The notes: generated from the sequence alone by a model not told the origin. Shown: positions 39,340-49,334, counted from the stretch's first letter. The stretch is DNA of 64,000 nucleotides from a virus (IMGVR_UViG_3300025066_000012:49520-113519); one strand, 5' to 3'. Made by a program: numbers and translations.

Positions 39340-39537
39340 TTACTCAGTCAGGTTGTCGTTAAGAAACGAACGAAGAGACTGAGCCTCGCGGACTGTCATA
39401 TTAACCGTATGACTCGGAATTCGCCAGTCCTCAGACCGTACAACAATCTGTAGTCGATTGCTTCCTGCCTGCTTACGAGTATCTCCATTACGGAGGTTTA
39501 GAATTAGTGACTTAGTCTTCTTTGTCTTGTTTAGCAT
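39340..39537 (-). CDS. hypothetical protein
   Basis: ORF with SD. Confidence 0.65.
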   Translation of the reverse strand: MLNKTKKTKSLILNLRNGDTRKQAGSNRLQIVVRSEDWRIPSHTVNMTVREAQSLRSFLNDNLTE

Positions 39538-39742
39538 TTAATCTTCCTTTTCAAAAATCATAATCCCCGATTTCTTAGGGGATTTTCTGTTAATACTCTT
39601 AGGCCTAGAAGTCTTTGCCTCAGAGTCTTTCTTTACAATAACATCGCCTGTAGGCGATGTGTCCTTTAAACTATCTGTTTCACTCTCAATTAATGTTGAT
39701 TTCATCTATCCCTTCTTTTAAATGTTTCTGACGTTTCAGAGG

Positions 39743-40045
39743 TCAGTCTAACCAGCCCGACTCGTGCCCCTGCAATGATACGATATCATTAATTGTCACA
39801 GCACAATCGCTATTTGCTGCTGTGAAATACCTGATAACATTAGCCTCTAGGTCAATTGACGTTACGATACCCTTTATTAGCTCTCCGCCCCCTGACCTTA
39901 CTCGGATACAATCCCGAGACTCAAAGTCCCTAATGTGGAAGCAGTTAAACTCATCAAATGGTCGGCCACTTAGCCGACCAAACTCTGCTCTATTACTCAT
40001 CTTTTTCTCAATCGTTAGTTGTTTTCGCCTGCTGTTCGCAGACAT
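39743..40045 (-). CDS. hypothetical protein
   Basis: ORF only. Confidence 0.6.
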   Translation of the reverse strand: MSANSRRKQLTIEKKMSNRAEFGRLSGRPFDEFNCFHIRDFESRDCIRVRSGGGELIKGIVTSIDLEANVIRYFTAANSDCAVTINDIVSLQGHESGWLD

Positions 40046-40193
40046 TTCCGCACATCTACATGATAGCCACGGAAAGTTTGTTCATCCACAGAATTTTTAA
40101 TCCTCTTTAGATGAATTTAGAATCTTCTTGCGAAGAACCTTGTGAGGCCCCGGATTAACCCGGAGCACATTCACGCCAGGGGTTCAGCGAACT

Positions 40194-40222
40194 ATAGTAG
40201 GGTTGAGAATGATATTAAAAAA
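40194..40222 (-). promoter_or_regulatory. promoter motif copy 5
   Basis: TTTTTT-N17-TACTAT (one mismatch). Confidence 0.65.
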
Positions 40223-40319
40223 GCAGTTTAGGCCCATTAACTTTGGTTGAATTTAATTTCAAAAACCTGCTAATATTCATCGGTAAGGCACAAATAATAT
40301 AACTTATTTAGAGCAGCAT

Positions 40320-40565
40320 ATGAAGTACCTAAAATATTTTTTCCTAATACTATTACTATTTAGTATTGCAATTCCGGCGAAGCCTATCTTGGACGGTACA
40401 ACGCCCAAAAATGTAACAGCAAATAATGCCTACATTTTAAAGTCCAGAGTTTCTCAGACTCCATACCATACCGATAGCAGCCCCAATGAAAAGATAGCAA
40501 TTAGATCAAAAATCATAATTTCCAATCCAATTATGACAACAATTATAGCTGAGCTGCCAGATTAA
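40320..40565 (+). CDS. small exported protein
   Basis: signal-peptide-like N-terminus. Confidence 0.45.
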   Translation: MKYLKYFFLILLLFSIAIPAKPILDGTTPKNVTANNAYILKSRVSQTPYHTDSSPNEKIAIRSKIIISNPIMTTIIAELPD

Positions 40566-40840
40566 CTAGAGAGATCTCCCAGATAGAATAGGACAGACTC
40601 CGACTCTCCCTCCACTAAATTTACTATTTCCCACTTAAGAGATTCTTCTTGTAAATTGTTCGCAGACTTTGGCTTCCATGGTTTTATCTTTATTTTAGAT
40701 TTAATTGCATTAATTGCGTTATGCCTTCTGGCCCAAATTGCACCGACCGTTGTCCAGCTTCCACTCTTAGATAAGAACAATCCACTGCTAGGATCTCTAA
40801 CTTTAAATCCAAATATTTTTATCTTTTCTTTCTTTGCCAC
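40562..40840 (-). CDS. hypothetical phage protein
   Basis: FKVRD..SGLF.....W...G..W; similar to 7834..8052. Confidence 0.6.
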   Translation of the reverse strand: MAKKEKIKIFGFKVRDPSSGLFLSKSGSWTTVGAIWARRHNAINAIKSKIKIKPWKPKSANNLQEESLKWEIVNLVEGESESVLFYLGDLSS

Positions 40841-40866
40841 ATCCTCTCCGGTTTTGCGCGAATGGT

Positions 40867-41679
40867 TTAGGTAGACATTTGTAAGATCAGCGAAACTACT
40901 TCTTCTGTTCGCTGATCATTAAGTAAATCTAAAGAAAAGATTATCTCTTCTGCTGACATTTTGGCAACGACGAGTCCTAAAATGTCTTTATTAATAATCG
41001 CGGGGCCAGACTTAATTTCATCAATCAAGTAAGAGACATCATCTCTTGTTGCCATCGCTAATGAACGACGCCCATTCCAAGTAAGTCTAGCGTCACCAAT
41101 ACTCCTTGGAAGAAATTCTTTATAACAACTCACAAGGCCAACTCTTTGAATTAGCTTGTGTATCAATCTGTGTTCGGCGGCACTGATCCTGCGGCTTCCA
41201 GACCTACTCCTAGACACCTTATCCTTCAATACGCGACTAGCAATATTTGCAGGAAGAATATTGCAAGACTCAGCCGCCAACCTTTGGTCTTTAGATGTAA
41301 CTAATCTTTTTGCCATAATTATTTTCTCTTTTGCATTCATGTGACCCACTGAGCAGTAGGCAAAAATACCCTGTGAATGATTCTTTAAAATAGCTTTATC
41401 ACCTGAGGAATAAACAATTGTTTTAACTAAATTATCAATTACACCGCCGAAGGATCTGCCATCATTCAATGAATAAAAATACCTATACCTCGGATAGTGA
41501 TTCCATCTAGAGTCCTTTATCACAGCAATCTTGGCTCTATCAGAAAGGGCCATCCAATAATTTAGAATTTTCTCTTGATCCTTAAACTCTGGCATCCAGT
41601 TATACTTTGTTTCGACCCCCTCCAAAGAGAGAAGTTCTTTCATAAAATTATCATAATTTTTATTAATCTTTTTTGGCAT
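40867..41679 (-). CDS. alpha-helical hypothetical protein
   Basis: ORF; weak resemblance to 23716..24462. Confidence 0.6.
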   Translation of the reverse strand: MPKKINKNYDNFMKELLSLEGVETKYNWMPEFKDQEKILNYWMALSDRAKIAVIKDSRWNHYPRYRYFYSLNDGRSFGGVIDNLVKTIVYSSGDKAILKNHSQGIFAYCSVGHMNAKEKIIMAKRLVTSKDQRLAAESCNILPANIASRVLKDKVSRSRSGSRRISAAEHRLIHKLIQRVGLVSCYKEFLPRSIGDARLTWNGRRSLAMATRDDVSYLIDEIKSGPAIINKDILGLVVAKMSAEEIIFSLDLLNDQRTEEVVSLILQMST

Positions 41680-41719
41680 CTTAATTTTCCATACATACTA
41701 TGCTGGTGATCATTAGCTG

Positions 41720-42073
41720 TCAAATTCCGTGTGGAATCGGCATACGAACTCCGCCCACACTACCTACACAAACGACGACAATTTTATTGAAAATTGCCAT
41801 TACATTTCGTTCTTTATTTTTCAATACTTTAATCTTAAATACAAGACTTGTTACTCCTGACTCATAGAAAGAAACATCTAATGTGATTATATCTCCACAC
41901 CGGGCATCATGCAAAAAGTCAGCAGATTCAATATGGCGAACAACACAGTTTAGATTTGTTAGTTCTTTTGCATGAACCTCACAAGACTCCGCTGCCCATC
42001 CCAATAAGATTGGCCCCGTAAGGCAATCATGCTCATCCAACTCCGCTTGAGTTACTGGGTATCTAAATATCAT
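41720..42073 (-). CDS. hotdog-fold acyl-CoA thioesterase-like protein
   Basis: V...ELD.H..L.G..LL.W, F......GD, G.TSL. Confidence 0.75.
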   Translation of the reverse strand: MIFRYPVTQAELDEHDCLTGPILLGWAAESCEVHAKELTNLNCVVRHIESADFLHDARCGDIITLDVSFYESGVTSLVFKIKVLKNKERNVMAIFNKIVVVCVGSVGGVRMPIPHGI

Positions 42074-42083
42074 ATATTACATC

Positions 42084-42308
42084 CTAAATTTGGAAGTCGT
42101 AACATCTTGACGGGTAAAGATCTAACCGCAATCCTTCTGCTGGAAGTCTAATTACATTAAAGCCAACAGGATTTACCTTGTCCATAATCTCACAGGTTTT
42201 TATGGCCTCTTCCTTCTTTGTAAAGAATCTTGGCGTTTGATCTTCCGGCCATGAAGAGCCTGAGTATGGCAAATGGCCGCGCTTTGTTATGAAAAATACA
42301 TACTTCAT
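42084..42308 (-). CDS. hypothetical protein
   Basis: ORF only. Confidence 0.55.
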   Translation of the reverse strand: MKYVFFITKRGHLPYSGSSWPEDQTPRFFTKKEEAIKTCEIMDKVNPVGFNVIRLPAEGLRLDLYPSRCYDFQI

Positions 42309-43369
42309 TAGAAGGTCAGTGCTGGCGGGAGATCTCCGCCACTCTCTGAGCCTGGAACATATACTCCGCCATTGTCTATGTATTCTCTGAGGCCCCTTAA
42401 GCCCTTGGCGTTATCAACCAAGAAGAGAGCATGCTCTTGCTTGAAGTTTTTCATAGCCAGAAAAACAGGAAACATACTTGCCAGGGAGAAAACCGTAGAC
42501 CTGAATGTATTAACTGTGGATCGACTCAACCCATAGGCTGAATTAATATACTTCACCTTCGCCTTCTCGTTGTAAGCTTTGAAATCAATATCATTGCAGT
42601 CAACAAAAACCTTGAACACGTGCTCTGTGAGACTTGCGTCAAAGTCTAGCTGATATCTCTTGCTATACTTGAAAGCGCGGAGTGCATTAAAAACCTTAGA
42701 TGGAAGAGTTCCAGAATCATAAACCCCTCCATTGTTAAGCTCTAGAGTTCCATTATTAAATGCATCCATAGCTGCGCTTTCATAATAAATCTCTCCATCT
42801 TTCCATGCCATCATACAATTCTTGAAATCAAATCCAGACAAAAGGTCTTCAACCAAAGAAACTGGCCTCTTTATGAATTGGTGATTTACAAGCCTGAATC
42901 TATTATAATCACCATTCGCCTGCGTTGCCTCAAAAGTGTTCGCCCACTGAGTTGACGTAAGCAGCGTTGACAGACCTAAGGCATCAAACTTAGGAATAGA
43001 CTTCCTAGTATCGAACAATGCATTGCCCTCGACGGTGTCCTTTTCTGGATGATCACAAACAAGCTTATGATATTCATTATCATCTTTAAAGACTTCGTTA
43101 TCATCTGCAAACCAGATATCTATATCAGAAAACGAACCAGAAAGCAATCCCCCTGGTCTGATTGGAACATTACTCTTAATGTTCTTTACCAGAAGATTCC
43201 AGTGGAAGTCTTGCTGGCAAGCCTTCTCAAGAAGGTACAGATAGACTATCGACCCACCGGCAACGATGGGATCTAAATCTCTTAGCTTCTGATTCGGAAT
43301 CAGAAAATTTTCTACAAGGAAATTAATTCTATCATTCTTTTCAACACAAATCATACTTGCTCCGCTCAT
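42308..43369 (-). CDS. poly(A) polymerase/CCA-like nucleotidyltransferase fold
   Basis: IVAGGS, SDIDIWF, LL..FDF..C..A, R..KY..R. Confidence 0.7.
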   Translation of the reverse strand: MSGASMICVEKNDRINFLVENFLIPNQKLRDLDPIVAGGSIVYLYLLEKACQQDFHWNLLVKNIKSNVPIRPGGLLSGSFSDIDIWFADDNEVFKDDNEYHKLVCDHPEKDTVEGNALFDTRKSIPKFDALGLSTLLTSTQWANTFEATQANGDYNRFRLVNHQFIKRPVSLVEDLLSGFDFKNCMMAWKDGEIYYESAAMDAFNNGTLELNNGGVYDSGTLPSKVFNALRAFKYSKRYQLDFDASLTEHVFKVFVDCNDIDFKAYNEKAKVKYINSAYGLSRSTVNTFRSTVFSLASMFPVFLAMKNFKQEHALFLVDNAKGLRGLREYIDNGGVYVPGSESGGDLPPALTF

Positions 43370-43384
43370 TCTTGGTTAGTAAAC

Positions 43385-43837
43385 TCAAGCCAATAATTTG
43401 TAAATGCAAAACCTACTCCCAACCTCTTTGACAATCGGAAGGCCTAAGAGAACATTTCTCTGAAAACCGCGAGTTGTTTTGCCGTCTGCCTTAATATCTC
43501 TTCTTACCGATAGATAAGCAATTCCGTTCGGAGCTAATAAGCTCTTTATTTTTTCAATCACAATATCAGACTCTTCTACGGAAAGAACATTCAAAACGTA
43601 TGTACACAATATGGTGTCGTACTTCTTTGACACAAGATTTGCTGGTTGCCAATGCGGGTCATAGCCACCTACTCGATAACCCTTCTTATCTAAGTAGGTT
43701 AAATCATCACCGCGACCGCAGCCATAATCCAGAACCTCTCCCACAATTAGCTTCTCTGACTCTAAATGAGATACTATCGAGGAAGGTTTATTCCTTTTGA
43801 TCGCCGTTTTCCAGCTGGAAACATCCTCGGCTGGCAT
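43385..43837 (-). CDS. class I SAM-dependent methyltransferase
   Basis: VLDYGCGRG.D, GYDP, YD.I.C.YVLNV. Confidence 0.88.
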   Translation of the reverse strand: MPAEDVSSWKTAIKRNKPSSIVSHLESEKLIVGEVLDYGCGRGDDLTYLDKKGYRVGGYDPHWQPANLVSKKYDTILCTYVLNVLSVEESDIVIEKIKSLLAPNGIAYLSVRRDIKADGKTTRGFQRNVLLGLPIVKEVGSRFCIYKLLA

Positions 43838-43840
43838 TAC

Positions 43841-44686
43841 CTAATACTCCCTAATCCCATGCTCAGATGCCAGCCTCTTCTTAAGACGATCAATCGCTCG
43901 TATTTCTAACTTTCTAACCCACTCTCTCGAAATTCCCATTTCTTTTGAAACTTCTCGCAGAGTCTTTGGCTCGTCTGTTAGAAATCTATATCTCAGAATG
44001 GCGCTCTCATCCTTTGGCATATTATCAATGAGCGAATTAAGAACGAGACTCATCTTATCTTCTTCGGATAGAACTCTGGACAGTTCTTTGTCCGCTCTTT
44101 CGTCAGGTATCAAGTCCAGTCGGAAGTTGCCCCGGCTTCCATCGTCACTCTTAATTGGGGCGTCAAGCCTGGTATCAAAACCTCTTAAAGAACCAGACAT
44201 AGACTCGACTGAGTCCCTGCTGACATTGAGCTTTTCCGCTACAAATTCAAGCTTCTTTTCTCCTGATAAACCTTTTTCTTCTGCTAGATTCATTGTCTTT
44301 GAGAGGTTCGAGAACAAAACTCTATCATCCCTTGTGGTTCCGAGCTTCACGATAGAGCGGTAAGTCATAACATGCTTTCGCATATTAGCCTTCACCCACC
44401 ACATAGCATACGTTAAAAACGTAACCCCCTTATCTTCGTCAAACATTTCTGCGGCCTTCAAAAGCCCCGCTATACCCTCTTGAATCAAGTCGCTATACGA
44501 TAGATACTGGTTCCTCTTCTTAAAAGAATATGCTTCTCTCGTAACAATTCTCATGTTAGACAGAATAAGACTATCTAGCGCCGCCTTATCCGCCTGCTCT
44601 TGCCACTTCTTAACGAGTTCCGTCTGTCCGGCATGTGATATAATCGGATTGTTTTTTATAATCTTATCTATTAGATTTGTATCCAT
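43841..44686 (-). CDS. sigma-70 family factor, RpoH-like
   Basis: DLIQEG..GLLKA...FD, TYA.WWVKA, RpoH-box-like IVKLGTT...R.LF.NL, TLREV...MGISREWVRKLE. Confidence 0.92.
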   Translation of the reverse strand: MDTNLIDKIIKNNPIISHAGQTELVKKWQEQADKAALDSLILSNMRIVTREAYSFKKRNQYLSYSDLIQEGIAGLLKAAEMFDEDKGVTFLTYAMWWVKANMRKHVMTYRSIVKLGTTRDDRVLFSNLSKTMNLAEEKGLSGEKKLEFVAEKLNVSRDSVESMSGSLRGFDTRLDAPIKSDDGSRGNFRLDLIPDERADKELSRVLSEEDKMSLVLNSLIDNMPKDESAILRYRFLTDEPKTLREVSKEMGISREWVRKLEIRAIDRLKKRLASEHGIREY

Positions 44687-44698
44687 TGTGCTCCAATG

Positions 44699-44944
44699 TT
44701 ATTTTTCAAAAGTTTTATCGATCTTTCGTTCAGCTCTCTTAAAGCGCTCTTCTCTTTCGCTATAAATAAGATCATCATACAGATGATCCCAACTATCTTC
44801 ATAGTCTTCATCATATTCATCTGAATGAATTTCGCGCGAAATACCGTCTGAGCGTGGCTTTGGTTTCCGCCGAGCATTATTCGCGTCTAAAATAGCTTTT
44901 CTATTAAAATCTTTCATGTCCTTCTTTTGTGGCTTTAGCCACAT
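44699..44944 (-). CDS. hypothetical protein
   Basis: ORF with SD. Confidence 0.6.
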   Translation of the reverse strand: MWLKPQKKDMKDFNRKAILDANNARRKPKPRSDGISREIHSDEYDEDYEDSWDHLYDDLIYSEREERFKRAERKIDKTFEK

Positions 44945-45024
44945 ATTCTCCTATTATCTATAGTTAATTACGAAGCATTACCCCATTCAGATGCCTTGGT
45001 GTAGAGATCTATCTCAATTTCAGG

Positions 45025-46179
45025 CTATGACATATCCCATTCTGGCCTCAGGCCAATTCCTACGGGAAAACGAGGTACTCCGTCGTCTGAAAGCTCAAAA
45101 AACTGAACGGTTAACTTCTCTCCGATATACTTACTTCCATTCTTAAACAACTCGGCTCGCCTTTCGTGAGTCCCCTTTGGTCGCACTCCAAACTCGTCTC
45201 CAGAGTCAGTAATGCATCGCCAAACAACAAGTCCGGACTCTCTTCCGTCCCCGTCTGTAAAGCCTACAACCTCATATTCGTCTGAAATGAAGCGCTTGAT
45301 TTTTTGCAAACTATACGAACGATTCTTATAGACGTAAGGACTTCCGACGTTTCTAGCCATTAGTCCCTCATAAGAATCCTTGATAGCCGCAGCCTCATGC
45401 TCACCTAGCTCGTTCTCTGTCTTTGCAAGCGAAGCCTTCGCTACAATAACATTAGGAGCCTTAGCTAGACCATACTCAAAGTTTTGATTATGTTCTGTAT
45501 AGATAGCCTCTCCATCATCAGTATGGGTAATCATCCTCTCTTCAAAGGGGAGAGACGTATGGGGAAGATCATAAATGTGATACTCTAAGAGATCAGTATC
45601 CGGCCTCTGCTTCTTTGCCGCAGAGATAATCCTCTGGAATGTCCAGCCATGAACGTAGACCTCACCATCTGTACACTGTCCTTCGTCTAGAAAGAGTTCT
45701 AGCTGTGACCGAATGTTCTCAAGAACGTCAAGAGGCTTTCCCGTTCGTGACCAGATAGTAACTACTCCATCTTCCTTTCGAGCAAGAAGTCTCAGCCCAT
45801 CATACTTAACCTGAGTATAACAGGGGAATTTAATCTTCGACGCATACTTGTCGTATCGGTGAGCAAGCATCGGAAGGAACAGGCCATCTGACGTAGAAGG
45901 AATCTTAGTTTTGTCTTCTACATATCCTTCGTCCTTCTTCTTACTATGCGAAGACTTAGCCTCTGAACATGCCTGCTCGTAAATCGTAGTCTCATTGGCC
46001 CTGCCAATATTCTTTCCCTCTCCTACATAGCGAGAGTCAAGCTGCTTCTTTCCATCGGCATAACCATGCTCGGTTTCAATATAGCAGGTTCCGTCGCCCA
46101 TCTGACGAACAGAGATATTCCATTCCTTAAGCTTTCCGCTCTTTGACTTGCCATACAGTGTATTAAATTTCATTTTCAA
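45025..46179 (-). CDS. ATP-dependent DNA ligase
   Basis: KYDGLR, DGEVY, YHIYD, EGLM, K.KRF, GVPRFP. Confidence 0.93.
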   Translation of the reverse strand: MKMKFNTLYGKSKSGKLKEWNISVRQMGDGTCYIETEHGYADGKKQLDSRYVGEGKNIGRANETTIYEQACSEAKSSHSKKKDEGYVEDKTKIPSTSDGLFLPMLAHRYDKYASKIKFPCYTQVKYDGLRLLARKEDGVVTIWSRTGKPLDVLENIRSQLELFLDEGQCTDGEVYVHGWTFQRIISAAKKQRPDTDLLEYHIYDLPHTSLPFEERMITHTDDGEAIYTEHNQNFEYGLAKAPNVIVAKASLAKTENELGEHEAAAIKDSYEGLMARNVGSPYVYKNRSYSLQKIKRFISDEYEVVGFTDGDGRESGLVVWRCITDSGDEFGVRPKGTHERRAELFKNGSKYIGEKLTVQFFELSDDGVPRFPVGIGLRPEWDMS

Positions 46180-46412
46180 TCCTTACAGCTAGTGTTAATT
46201 TCAATCCAACTCTGGATGGAAGCATATTCAACTTGCATAACAAACTTTAATTCAAATCTCTGTCCCCAATATTCAGGCTCGACTATTGAGAGAAAACAAG
46301 TTCCGTCTGTTCTTTCATAACAGAAGTAATGGTTCCCAATAATTGGCTCTAACGCCAATTCTGCGTCAATGGTTGCAGGCTCATCGAGTCGCTCAACTTG
46401 AACAAAGCTCAT
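46176..46412 (-). CDS. hypothetical protein (DUF2452-like)
   Basis: EPIIG..Y..YER.DG..FLSI..P..W. Confidence 0.55.
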   Translation of the reverse strand: MSFVQVERLDEPATIDAELALEPIIGNHYFCYERTDGTCFLSIVEPEYWGQRFELKFVMQVEYASIQSWIEINTSCKD

Positions 46413-46687
46413 ACTTCCTCAGAATCTCTCGGAGAAAACTCAGCTTTTGCAAAAAACATATCTGTTGGGTCACGCTGATATTCAATCTCAGTTACTTTAT
46501 AGCGAGTGGTATCACCCTTGTTTGCGAGAATCAAAAAGTCTCCGCTCTCAATGCCTCGCCGCCAACCGGCGAGCTTAATATTGATTCCACCATTAGTTAT
46601 GGTCATAACCTTATAGCTATTACCCCATCCTCGCGTAGACAAATCATGCTCTGCAATACTGCGCTTCTTACTCATTATCAATTCCAA
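46409..46687 (-). CDS. hypothetical phage protein
   Basis: ORF only. Confidence 0.6.
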   Translation of the reverse strand: MELIMSKKRSIAEHDLSTRGWGNSYKVMTITNGGINIKLAGWRRGIESGDFLILANKGDTTRYKVTEIEYQRDPTDMFFAKAEFSPRDSEEV

Positions 46688-46877
46688 TTCCTTTAAAGTT
46701 ATAGTTTCCGTCTCTAACCGCCTCTAACTCTGCCTTGCGAGCAGAATTATATGAAGGGCTCTTAGCTTCTTTAACAGAGCAGTCTGTGCAAATAAGCTGC
46801 TCGTTAAACCATGACATAGAATATGAGCTAACCTTCGTTAGACACCTATGACAAAATCCGCTCCAATCAAGATTCAT
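46668..46877 (-). CDS. small zinc-finger phage protein
   Basis: C.RC....MSWFN...IC..C...E; start set at MNLDW. Confidence 0.65.
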   Translation of the reverse strand: MNLDWSGFCHRCLTKVSSYSMSWFNEQLICTDCSVKEAKSPSYNSARKAELEAVRDGNYNFKGIGIDNE

Positions 46878-46878
46878 T

Positions 46879-47265
46879 TTAATACTCCGCTTCCTGCCTA
46901 ATCTCTTCAAAAGCCGGAGGCCAATCGCTAAAGAGATAATTTTTCAGATACCGAACAACCCTCTTGCTGGCCGCCCAATCGCCATAAACGCCTTCACGAT
47001 GATTGTAATACCCGCCAATGTGCCAGTCAGTGATATCATTGACTGGCAAACCGGCTACACCGCAGTAATTCTTCCCATCTTTCCAGTTATAAATAGTTAC
47101 AACTGAACCACCCTCAAACTCAATTACCCATTCTGCATCAGTCTTGTAGCCTCCCTCCACCGGCTCTCCAAGCTTCGCAACAAGAGTTGAATAGCTGACA
47201 CATACCCCGTCAATGAGAGACGTTCCAGCTGGAGAACGCTCATTAATACTTACAATCTTTGGCAT
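46879..47265 (-). CDS. conserved phage protein
   Basis: GTSL, LGEP, KTDAEW, TIYNWK, WHIGG. Confidence 0.7.
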   Translation of the reverse strand: MPKIVSINERSPAGTSLIDGVCVSYSTLVAKLGEPVEGGYKTDAEWVIEFEGGSVVTIYNWKDGKNYCGVAGLPVNDITDWHIGGYYNHREGVYGDWAASKRVVRYLKNYLFSDWPPAFEEIRQEAEY

Positions 47266-47319
47266 TATAAATCCTTTCTTTTAAGGAACACCAGCAAATC
47301 CAGGTGTCTTTAAATAGAG

Positions 47320-47359
47320 ATTCCCCGCCTCGGAACCTTTCAGCCCGAGACGGGGAGTC
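47320..47359. terminator. hairpin / possible terminator
   Basis: ATTCCCCGCCTCGG...CCGAGACGGGGAGT. Confidence 0.55.
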
Positions 47360-47399
47360 GTATTCTCATTTAAGCAGCTTTGCCCATAGGTTGTGTTGC

Positions 47400-47672
47400 T
47401 CAAATTTCCTCTGCTTCTCGCAATAGAGAGTCAATGCTTCTCCACATAGAGGTCGCTGATTGCCACTTCTGAATATGCAACTTTCTTTTTAACTTCCGAA
47501 ACTTGCGCTTAATCTTCCGTGCTTCTTCCGGTGAATAACCATCAAATGGATTTTTCTTTTCTGACTTTAGGAAAATCCACAAATCTTTAGGGATAATTCC
47601 AAAGTTAGTTTCTAAGATAAAGTTTTCAATTTCAGTGACATTAAACCCATGTTCTTCCATTGTTATTCTCAA
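47400..47672 (-). CDS. hypothetical protein
   Basis: ORF only. Confidence 0.55.
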   Translation of the reverse strand: MRITMEEHGFNVTEIENFILETNFGIIPKDLWIFLKSEKKNPFDGYSPEEARKIKRKFRKLKRKLHIQKWQSATSMWRSIDSLLREAEEI

Positions 47673-47897
47673 CTTTATATTATGGTTATTTTAATGTGAT
47701 TACTAACTACCCCTGACAAGATAGCTTTCATCTGCTTAAGCGATAAACCCCGAAAATATCGTAACACGATAAAAGAACATCTTGGTCAGGGGCATAATTT
47801 TATATATTTATATATCTATACAACAGTGTCTCGTGTTTCTTTTCTCCGAACCCACCAAAGGTCCAAAGACCTACCTAGCGTCCCAGGTTCCTTGACA

Positions 47898-48197
47898 TTA
47901 TACGTCCTCTTCTGGAGGTGGCAACTTCTTTTTCTCTGCTTCGTTCTGCCGGTCGATTCGCTTAATCCTGCCGGTGATACGCTCGGCAGCGTATACCCGC
48001 TCATCTTCGTCAAGCTCTGCTGCAAAGAAGTAGAAGACAGCTTTGCCGCCTTCGGTCAGCCCATCATTCAAGACTTTAAGCTCTTCTTCAATTGCTGCAA
48101 TCCTCATCATTTCGCGAAGAAGTTGCTGACCAGATTCAAGGATTTCACGGTCCTCAATCTTATCAATCATTTCTCTGACGTCGTTTAGCTTTGCCAT
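47898..48197 (-). CDS. hypothetical helical protein
   Basis: start set at MAKLND downstream of promoter copy 6. Confidence 0.6.
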   Translation of the reverse strand: MAKLNDVREMIDKIEDREILESGQQLLREMMRIAAIEEELKVLNDGLTEGGKAVFYFFAAELDEDERVYAAERITGRIKRIDRQNEAEKKKLPPPEEDV

Positions 48198-48249
48198 TTG
48201 CTTGCCTTCTAACCGTCGAAAATTATTACAGGAGAATCTACGCCCAAGC

Positions 48250-48278
48250 ATAGTAGGCCTATGGACTATAATAGAAAA
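48250..48278 (-). promoter_or_regulatory. promoter motif copy 6
   Basis: TTTTCT-N17-TACTAT. Confidence 0.75.
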
Positions 48279-48479
48279 TTATTTATCGGTGGATGGGCTA
48301 CGACTTTCTTCGCGATTTTCTTCGCGACTATCGGAGGATGATAAATCATCTGAGCTCTTTATCAGCGAATCTAGTTCCGCAGCCTCTTTCTTTAGCCCAT
48401 GTTCATTGAGCCACGATAGTATGTCGTTTAGTTTTTCATCTATATTCATATTTGATTTCCTTTTCGTCATAGCACTCAT
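48279..48479 (-). CDS. small protein consisting mostly of the shared leader
   Basis: KLNDILSWLNEHGLKKEAAELDSLIK. Confidence 0.6.
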   Translation of the reverse strand: MSAMTKRKSNMNIDEKLNDILSWLNEHGLKKEAAELDSLIKSSDDLSSSDSREENREESRSPSTDK

Positions 48480-48543
48480 TATATTTAAAGTAATAAATGT
48501 TTATTTTGTGCTCACATTACAACCATATAGCCATACTAATTAT

Positions 48544-48909
48544 CTAAATATTAGCTATATATGTGCTACCGAAAACTCTACTGGCATCATCATGGTTCTT
48601 TTTATTAGCTAAATTAGTTAACTTCATTATTCTTGCTTCATCATTACGCGAATGATGCCCATAAGCAGGAACCGGAGGAAGGCTATCTATGTTTGGAAAG
48701 AAGTAAAATCCATCTGAATCTAATTTTACTTCATACGGATGAGTGATCGGCTCTGCTGGCCGCACAAGCTCAGGGTCTGGCCCAGTAACTGGCTCAAGTT
48801 CAAGATTAGTTTCGGCATCAGAAATACTAAGCTCAGGCTCTTCCTGGGCCTTTTTCCTTAGGGCTAATTCTAAATTCTTTTGAATTATAAGATAGCGTTC
48901 TTCTTGCAT
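48544..48909 (-). CDS. hypothetical protein
   Basis: ORF; RKKAQ motif. Confidence 0.55.
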   Translation of the reverse strand: MQEERYLIIQKNLELALRKKAQEEPELSISDAETNLELEPVTGPDPELVRPAEPITHPYEVKLDSDGFYFFPNIDSLPPVPAYGHHSRNDEARIMKLTNLANKKNHDDASRVFGSTYIANI

Positions 48910-48929
48910 TCACTTATCCGTAACAGCTG

Positions 48930-49334
48930 TTATTCAAATAATGATTCTTCAGAAGCTTCCATGTCAGACTTACCCATCTCTCTTAGGACTTCGGATAAAT
49001 CTTTCTGTATCTCAAGATATGTAGCCCAATCTTCCTCTGTCATTTCTCCGTCAGAAATTGCGATGCCGAACACTTCCATTTCACGACGAACACGACTAAG
49101 ACGTTCGTATAAAGATTCCTTTACATCTTCGCCAACCGGATCATAAAGTCCAAGCTCCATTGATCTAAGCTCCGTATCAGACGGACCCTCTTCATCCTCC
49201 GGCCAGTAATACGGAGCTTGTGCTCTCTTCTTTGAGGCTCTCGTAATTAATCCATCTAAAAGGCTGGCCTCTTCGGTTAGCCCTTTAGAGTCTAGCTTAT
49301 TGGCAATGACAATCAGTTCTTTTAAGTATTTCAT
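48930..49334 (-). CDS. leader-bearing acidic protein
   Basis: LKELIVIANKLDSKGLTEEASLLDGLI...KKRAQ. Confidence 0.7.
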   Translation of the reverse strand: MKYLKELIVIANKLDSKGLTEEASLLDGLITRASKKRAQAPYYWPEDEEGPSDTELRSMELGLYDPVGEDVKESLYERLSRVRREMEVFGIAISDGEMTEEDWATYLEIQKDLSEVLREMGKSDMEASEESLFE

